Source of the DNA: the human T2T-CHM13v2.0 reference genome, Homo sapiens
Length of the DNA: 64,000 nucleotides
NCBI RefSeq assembly: GCF_009914755.1
Contig: NC_060939.1
Strand: one strand, 5' to 3'
How positions within the stretch are numbered: the stretch's first letter is position 1; the number at the start of each line of letters is the position of its first letter. Below the pieces are notes generated by a model, which saw only the letters and a list, made by a program, of their open reading frames with translations, was not told the origin of the DNA and did not search any database. Shown piece by piece: positions 54,983-64,000 of the stretch. The translations under genes were made by a program, and so were the position numbers.

Positions 54983-56681
54983 ATTCTCAGTTGTGCGAAT
55001 GATACAACAGTTTTTTGAGCAAATCTGGATCCAAGTGAGTAATTCACTTTTATCTAGGCTATTTTTATGTTAGTCTTGACTGTATTAATTTATATTCAAT
55101 CTTAAATCTCTCTTAATTAAGGTATGAAAGTCAACCCTTTTTTGGTTCTATATTTAAGTAATTTTTAAAAAAATCTTGAATTAAAAACATTATTTAGAAG
55201 TAACTTTCATATTCTACTGGATTTCTTATTTGCTGGTTTTTTTGGGGGGATTGATTCTACCCTTTATTTTTAGTATTCTGAATGAGTTTTGGTGAGCTAC
55301 TGTGGTCCAAAATATATATTGTGTATACACAATACATAGTCTGAATTCTTGTATAACAAAAGTACAGTCCATATTTGTAAGGGGTGCTTGGAAAGGTATA
55401 TTAGGTATATTACCTTACATGTGTAGATCTTCATAAGTAATAGTTGGCAAGGTCTGCTATAAACTTGTTACATATTTCTATATTTGTCATTATATTAGAG
55501 ACATTTTTAGTCTTTGATGTTATTTTTCCCATTAATATGGTGTCCTGACCTGGTCATGCTTTCAGTTTTTCATGAGATCATGCTAATGAAATTTCTTAAA
55601 AGTTTTGCAAATATAATCTGATAACGTACTTTGATTTTTTGAAAAAAAGTCATCTCTTACCCAGTAAATATCAACTAATTGCTGGTTTTCTTTTGTGATT
55701 TCTTCTCAATGTATTTTATATTAAGGTTTGGAGATACCAGTCCTTTTAAGCCTAATCCTCATGCTATCTGGTAAAAATTATTAACAACTAAAAATTACTT
55801 AATGTATATTACAAAGGAGGTAGTACCATCTATGAAATCTTTTTGATAAATCTTACTCCACTCTGTCTTATGTATGTTTAAATGAGCACCAGAAGAATTA
55901 TGCATTACATTTCATTTGATTGGTTAATCTTTGAGCTCTTGGTTTTTAATATTTGTTTCTTGCTGTTTTCTCTTTGAGGAAATGAGTTATTTGCGATATA
56001 AAACTTTCACATTTCTACATTGTGCCCATAGTAGGATGCCACCCCTGTGGTCATGTTTAATAGTTTTTTCTCAGTGTTTCGGTGTTTAATATTTTCTATC
56101 ATTTTTTTAAAAAAATATTCAACATTGAGACATTTTTCTCAATGTATTATATTCTCAAGATCTGATTTTTTGTCTGACTAGTTTTATCAAATCATTAATT
56201 CAGCCATTTATTATATGAACACCTTTTGTAAAACAGAAGAACACTAATTTATCATGATATTTTCATATATATTTTGTGATATTGAGAATCATTAAGTATT
56301 TTATCACCTGCTTTTTACAAAAACACAATAGTCTCTCATTTCACTAATAGTTATACATTTGCTCTAAGTATCAGTAAATTTACTCTGAATGATAAGTTCT
56401 TCATTTAAATAGGAACTTAATCAACTTTTTTGGGATTTCAGTTCAAAAGGAAAGGTAAATAAATGTTTTTTCCCTTATCTTACCATTTATATAATAATGA
56501 ATTGATGTGCAAGTAATCTTCAAAGGTGACTAGTTTTTAAATTCATGTTCTTTATTCAGAAGACAGAAAGCATTTTCAGGAGATTTGAATATTTGAAGTT
56601 ATATTTTAAAGGTGATAATGCTAATAGCATAATTAAAAAACAGTTTCTGCATGTAAACACATGGTAGAATATAACAGGTAA

Positions 56682-57748
<1,067 letters not shown>

Positions 57749-57985
57749 ATAAGGAATATGATTTGAAGGGAAGAGGGGATATGAGTGTGAGGTAAATGTT
57801 TTCCTATTTAAATATTGAAATATAAAAGGCTATTCAGTTTCCATTCAAGTAACATTTGGAAGCTTTTTATTTCATAATACTATTTTGTGTAGAAACCATT
57901 ACTGTTTGTTTTGTATTTGTGTAGGTAAAAAGTATTATGAAATTATGTAATTACAGTATTCACTCTGCCAAAAAAAACAAAAATA

Positions 57986-58098
57986 ATTATAACTCGGGTA
58001 TCTAATGATTGAACATTTAGTAATTCTTCCCTGACAAAAAGAGAAAAATATTATAACTCAGGTATCTAATGATTGAACATTTAGTAATTCTTCCCTGA
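57986..58098 (+). repeat. 49-bp direct repeat, period 64
   Basis: ATTATAACTC(G/A)GGTATCTAATGATTGAACATTTAGTAATTCTTCCCTGA at 57986-58034 and 58050-58098. Confidence 0.95.
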
Positions 58099-58207
58099 TT
58101 ATAAAAGTAGCACATTTATACTTTGGAAAATAAAACAGCATGTATGGGAAAAAGTAATAAACATAGAGAAATTCCATCACCTCCCTTCCCCTCTCCTCCA
58201 AGAAAAA

Positions 58208-58340
58208 GTGGCTTACGCCTGTAATCCAAGTTCTTAGGGAGCCAGAGGCAGGAGGATAGCTTGAGCCCAGGAGTTTGGGACTTGCCTGGGCAATATAGCG
58301 AGACCCTGTTTCCCCACCCCACCCCCCCAAAAAAAGAAAA
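58208..58340 (+). mobile_element. Alu monomer (FLAM-like)
   Basis: gtggcttacgcctgtaatcc...cttgagcccaggagttt...gagaccctgt. Confidence 0.8.
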
Positions 58341-59019
58341 ACGTAATTCCATATTTTACAGGTTTAGTGTTGACTTCATAAAAGATGGAAGGGAAGGTTA
58401 TCAGAGTATCCCATTGTAGTGATTATAGTGCTCAGATTCTAGCTCCATACCTGTTAGAACACATTCGCAATTGTCACCTTAAACTATATTTGTATGTATT
58501 GTTTGTCTGTTTTGTATTAAAGGCAAAAGCTCATTATCAATTAGTTGTATGTTTTAAAGAGTTGGCCACAACATCCATCATAAGACCTATCTAAAGAGGA
58601 ATACATGATGTCTTAGTACAAAGGAGTAGAGATACAATGAATGTATTTATTTTCATGTTTCTTAAGAGGGAATGCACTAGCAATTGACGGTAAAATAGAT
58701 ACAAATCAAGTAAAGAAACCAGTATATTTTTAGTCATTATGTCGCTTTGAACAACAATTTGTTTAATCATTTTGCGGTAACTGGTTGCTTGGAACTGCCT
58801 TATTTTTTGTATTCAATATATTTATTTATGGGAGTGTATACATATTCCAGGGTGTTCTAGTTCCTCAGGGAAAATCTGGATGACATAGAAGAATTTTGTT
58901 CTTTATTATGAGTCAATTTATAATTTCATCTTTTTTTAAAAGGCATTTTTCCTACAGCTAGACGTTTTGATTGTCACTTTTGTTGTGAGAAAAAAATTAC
59001 AAAGACGTTGTAAAGATTG

Positions 59020-59900
59020 GGAATGAGGAAGGTGACTTGATCGGGTATCACAGACTTACAAAATCTTGTATGTAATTAGAGTTATGTTAATGGCACATTT
59101 ATAAGCAAAGTAATGTCATGGAATGGAAGACCCATAAGTTGACATGAGAAACAGAAAGTGTATTAAAGTTAATCTGCATTCATGGGGGCAGATTGTTAGC
59201 CAAATGAATAAAGAATTAGATTCATCTTCATGGTATGTAGCATGAAGAATTTAAAATGAATCAGAGGTTTAAATTAACTGCAGAAATTATAGAGTTTCAG
59301 AAAACGAATTTCTCTCCAATTTTGAGGAAATTACTGATGATACACATTGTAGAAGCAACAAGAAACACAAAGATTGATAGTAAAAATGAAATTACAGAGT
59401 TGAAAAAGTTGTGACATCACATAAGAAGAGTGAAACCCTTGGTGTGTAAGATATAATCGGGGAAAAATACCAGTTCAAAGGAAAAGTGACTTGAGCACAT
59501 AGTTCACTGAAAAAAATACACAAAGTGCTGTTAATCATATAAAAGGATTCTTGGGTTTGCTCATAATAAGGATAATGACAATTGAAAATACAACTAAGAT
59601 ATAATTAGTTTCTCTACTATTAGACTAGCAAAAGTCCAGAAGTTTGACAACATTTTTTTTTTTTTGGCAACATGTTCGGAATTATGGAAAATCATACGTT
59701 GCTTCTGGGCATGTAAAATGTAAACCATATGGGTAGGAATTTAATATTTTGTAAATTTATATCTGTGGCAAATACATAGTTCATCTCCTAGTAATATGTA
59801 GCAGTAAGAAGGATTGATGGATGTTTGTATACCACTATGTGATAATGTCTTGGATATAATGTAGAAATAGGGGAGAAGTCGGCTACAGGAAGTAAAAATG
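59020..59900 (+). mobile_element. Very old sense-oriented L1 3' fragment
   Basis: A-rich; catataaaaggattc..aattgaaaatacaactaagatataat..ttagactagcaaaa motifs. Confidence 0.5.
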
Positions 59901-60311
59901 GCAATATGGTGCTCAGGGTGCATTCATCACTATAACAGATAACCATTTTGTTAATGGTGCCCTGCGCGGTAACTGAAATTGTACTGGGCTTTCAACAGAA
60001 TTTTGTCAAAATGGGACGCTGCATGAGCTAATAAGTTGTGAAATAAATAGGGTTTTATTGTGGAGTAATAAGTAACACAAAGAAGGGGGTTTGCAGTATC
60101 TTAGGAAGAAGAACAGACGTTCTTGGTAAAGTTCCTTTAATATGAAAATAGCATTTTTAAATACTTGGAGTAGTGAGTGAAGAAGCTTTCTCTATGAGAG
60201 CACGGTTAGTTCCCAAATAAATCCCAGCCTCCTCTCTTCTGTTAATTTCTTCGGAAGGATTTGAGGTAGCTTTTGAAGTATTTGGTCAAAGTTGCAAACT
60301 CCTCGGGAGGA

Positions 60312-60615
60312 GGCCAGGCATGGTACCTCACGCCTGTAATCCCAGCATTTTGGGAGGCTGAGGCGGGAGGATCACCTGAGGTCAGGAGGTCAAGACCAGC
60401 CTGGTCAACATGGCGAAACCCTGTCTCTATTAAAAATATAAAAATGAGCTGAGTATGGTGATGCACGCCTGTAATCCTAGCTACTTGGGAGGCTTGAGGC
60501 AGGAGAATCACTTGAACCCAGAAGGCAGAGGTTGCCGTGAGATGAGATTGTGCCACTGCACTCCAGCCTGTGTGACAAAACAAGACTCCTCCTGGAAAAA
60601 AAAAAAAAAAAAAAA
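60312..60615 (+). mobile_element. AluS
   Basis: Full dimeric Alu with long A tail. Confidence 0.9.
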
Positions 60616-61781
60616 GGAAACCTGAGATTCTGCTTAACAATTGTAAAGTCAGAAGGTATGAAGAGTATTTGAAGTTAGACCTGTGGACAGGCTGATTGGA
60701 TCTTCAGCAGTATGAGAAAGTTTAGTTAAGCCAAGGTACTATGTAAAACTCCAAGCTGTACAGAGCTCTGCCTGGCCAGCTGGTCAGCACTTGGGTAATG
60801 AGGAATTGATAAATGGCAAATTGCTTCATTGAATGATTGGATTAATAGTAGCATGAATGGATAAATTAACGGGAATGGGTATATAAATGGGTATGAGATC
60901 AGGAATATTAATGGAGTCACAAGTAGATGATGCGTAAATGGGACTATATGTGTGGATTGATGGATGGATGGACCCTGAAATGCATTTTTGATGGAATTAG
61001 GGAACAAGAATAAATATAATAGGAAGTGTGGTATGCATGTAAGCATGTTTGTGTGTGTATGTGTATATAGGTTGATGCAAGAGTGGAAGGGTAGTAAGGA
61101 CAAAAACTTTGGACAGCTATATTGACAATGCAAAATAAAAACATGAATGTATGAATGTATGAATTTGACGGATATGTGCTTGAAAGAATGAAGTCAGTTT
61201 AGGAAAGGATAATTAACAAATCTCAGTAATGATTGTAATCATGTGATTCTCACAGTAACTGTTCAACAGTGACTGTTAAGGATGCTGCGTGCTCATGGCA
61301 GTAACTCATGGGCAGATGTCACAAAGACAGTAATACCTCTTATTGCTTTTATGACAGCATAAGGTTTTATTTTTCACTGTGGCTTTGTTAGAGTTATGGA
61401 AAGTCATCCATTGCCTCTTAAATACGTAATGGTAAATTGGGTAAAGGAATTGGGTAAATCACATGGTTTTCCAAAACTTCAGGAGATTTAGAAGCTGTAT
61501 TTTATGTTTTCTCAAGGAAAGGATGAAAAGGACACGTTAAACACTGATAGTGTCTACTGTAGGATACCTTTCTGGTCTCACAAACTAGGTATACTTTCTA
61601 CTTAAATGGAAACTATCCCCTTCACAGTGGGAACCAATAAAAACCTCACCCAGGTAAAAATCCAGCGTCTCAGTGATGCTATCTCCCTATCATGAGGTAA
61701 TTCACAGTAATCTGTACCTTAAGTCTCAGTGTACCTACTGTTGGCCCAGAGATAGGTGAAACTTAAAGATAATTGTACCTT

Positions 61782-62113
<332 letters not shown>

Positions 62114-64000
62114 TCAGGGCAACTATAATACAACTCCAAACTCTAAGGTGTCAAATGTGATAGAAATCACTTTTCCATTGAAATTTTGAAATCCCTCTGG
62201 AAATACACTGTGAAGGCTCCCTATACTGTGCTAGAGAGTGTTTTACTAGGGCCTGGAAGATGCTCACTTTTTCCTTGTTTTCCTTGGCTGTAGCTTTTAC
62301 CTCTGGCACACTTTCCCAATCCCCTTATCCTACTTAATTATTTTTAAAATAGGCATTGTGGAGGATGTTTGTTCATATTTTAAGTCTTAATCATGGGCTT
62401 CTAGTTTCTTTGGAAGTAAAAGTGACCCATTAAAAATGTAAAATGTGTTATGTGCATCATGGGCACAGGAGTTTCGTGGCCTATATGTGATTCTAACTTA
62501 TATCTTACCATGGTGATCGTAGAACCATGTGTTGATATGTAATTTTCAAAAGAGGTGAATGCCCTTGGCACAGTAATCTGTCATATTTAGCAAAGCTTCC
62601 CTGAGAGCCATCATAACAGACCCACAGGAATATTTTCATTAGTAAGAAGTAGATGTGTTCAGCCAGTAAAATTTTGAAGTGGCCATGACTTCAATCTGAG
62701 TACAGAGGGAAAGTTACACACAATAATTCAGTGATTGGTGGATAGGTGCGTTCAAGGAGGCAGGGTTGGATTGGTGTTTTCAAGCTTGGTAGTAGTAGTA
62801 GACAGGCAGACATGTGAGTTGATGGAAGGATGCAAGAATGGTTACTGAAATTTTCTTTGTATTATATGGTTAATGTGGATTTAATAACTAGTCATTGAAA
62901 TTATGTGGGATTGGATATTTAAAGCCCAGAAAGATGAATATAATAATCGTCTAATATAATTTGAAATATAATAACGGATGCATGCAAAATTGGGTGTATT
63001 GAATAATGTAAGAAATAGATGGAAAGTAGAATATGAGCAAATGGCTGGATGCAAGAATGGAGAATGCAGGTTTTAAAAACCTGTTGGGTGTATGTATGGT
63101 TATATGCACAGTGGAATCATTTAGTGAAGGTGCAGATGGTTATATGCCTAGGTGTTATCATTGGATGGATCAAAAATGGAATGCTGTATGGATAGATCTT
63201 TAGATTGATGAGTACAAATATGGCTATCTAAAACCTTGGATAAATGTAGGGATCAGGGTTCAGGTACATTGGTTGCATAAGTGATAGCTGCCTGTTTGGT
63301 GGCTTTAGAGTGGCTTAATAGACTGATAGATGGGTTGATTCACAAGGTGATGGTACAGGAATTTGATGACTATGAGAATGGGCTGATGCAATAATAAAGT
63401 CATATATGTAAAGTTGACTGGAAAGATGGACATTTGAAAGCCAATGGTATATTTTCACGGGCAGATTCATTATGAAATTATAAAAGTTTTGTTTTTGCAT
63501 TCTCAACATGATGTGTTAGCAAATAAGCAAAAACTAACTGCAGTGGGTTCACAAGTTAGTTTAATTAAAATGATCTTTCAATATTTTAATAATTTGGGGA
63601 CTTTAGGAGGTTGAGGAATGAGAGAACTTCACCTTCTGTATATTAACTGGTCGTATGTCACAATTTTCCCATATTTTTCACAGTTATAGCTGAGGTGGTA
63701 CCAGTTTAAGAAGTGAGAACTTCTTCACTGACTGAAATTTGCATATCAATCCAAATCATTGTGCTTATTTACTATTTTTGTAGACGTCATTCTTCAAAAG
63801 TGCTGGTAAGAATCAGTAACCCTGGTGTACTGTTTATTTTTGACCAGTTTGATATTGAATCTAATTTGTAATATTTTAAAATCCAAAACTATACATGAAT
63901 TCTATAAAACACAAAGTTGTGAATTTGTGGAGTGATTATCAGTTAGGTGAAATAAAAGAGATAAAAGGGCTCCCTAAATTTTGACACAGTTTTGATATGT

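Overview
Human (primate) genomic DNA from the imprinted Prader-Willi locus on 15q11-q13, read in the sense direction of SNURF-SNRPN. The window opens in the G-rich CpG island of intron 1; exon 1 and the promoter lie just upstream, outside the window. It contains SNURF coding exons 2-3, a probable SNURF-only terminal exon 3b, and the whole 723-nt SmN (SNRPN) CDS over exons 4-10 with its poly(A) site. The SNHG14/SPA1 read-through region follows, with the orphan box C/D snoRNAs SNORD107, SNORD64 and SNORD108 and several candidate non-coding exons. The rest is Alu, L1, LTR and DNA-transposon sequence. The locus is well studied, so I do not claim a new gene system. The best unexplained signal is an old, degenerate repeat family at about 33.7-41.2 kb, inside the presumed SPA1 body. 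Its clearest part is three ~470-480-nt tandem units, each with a (U)GCAUG motif ~55-60 nt upstream of a stem-conserved, loop-variable hairpin (ACAUCUAG-N5-CUAGAUGU). Other points: a 390-nt AUG-free stretch linking the two cistrons, a 5' splice site over the SNRPN cleavage region, a recursive-type exon 7/8 junction, and a possible SNORD64-SNORD108 sno-lncRNA. Exon, snoRNA and motif coordinates were read directly from the sequence. Repeat boundaries and subfamily names are by eye and approximate.
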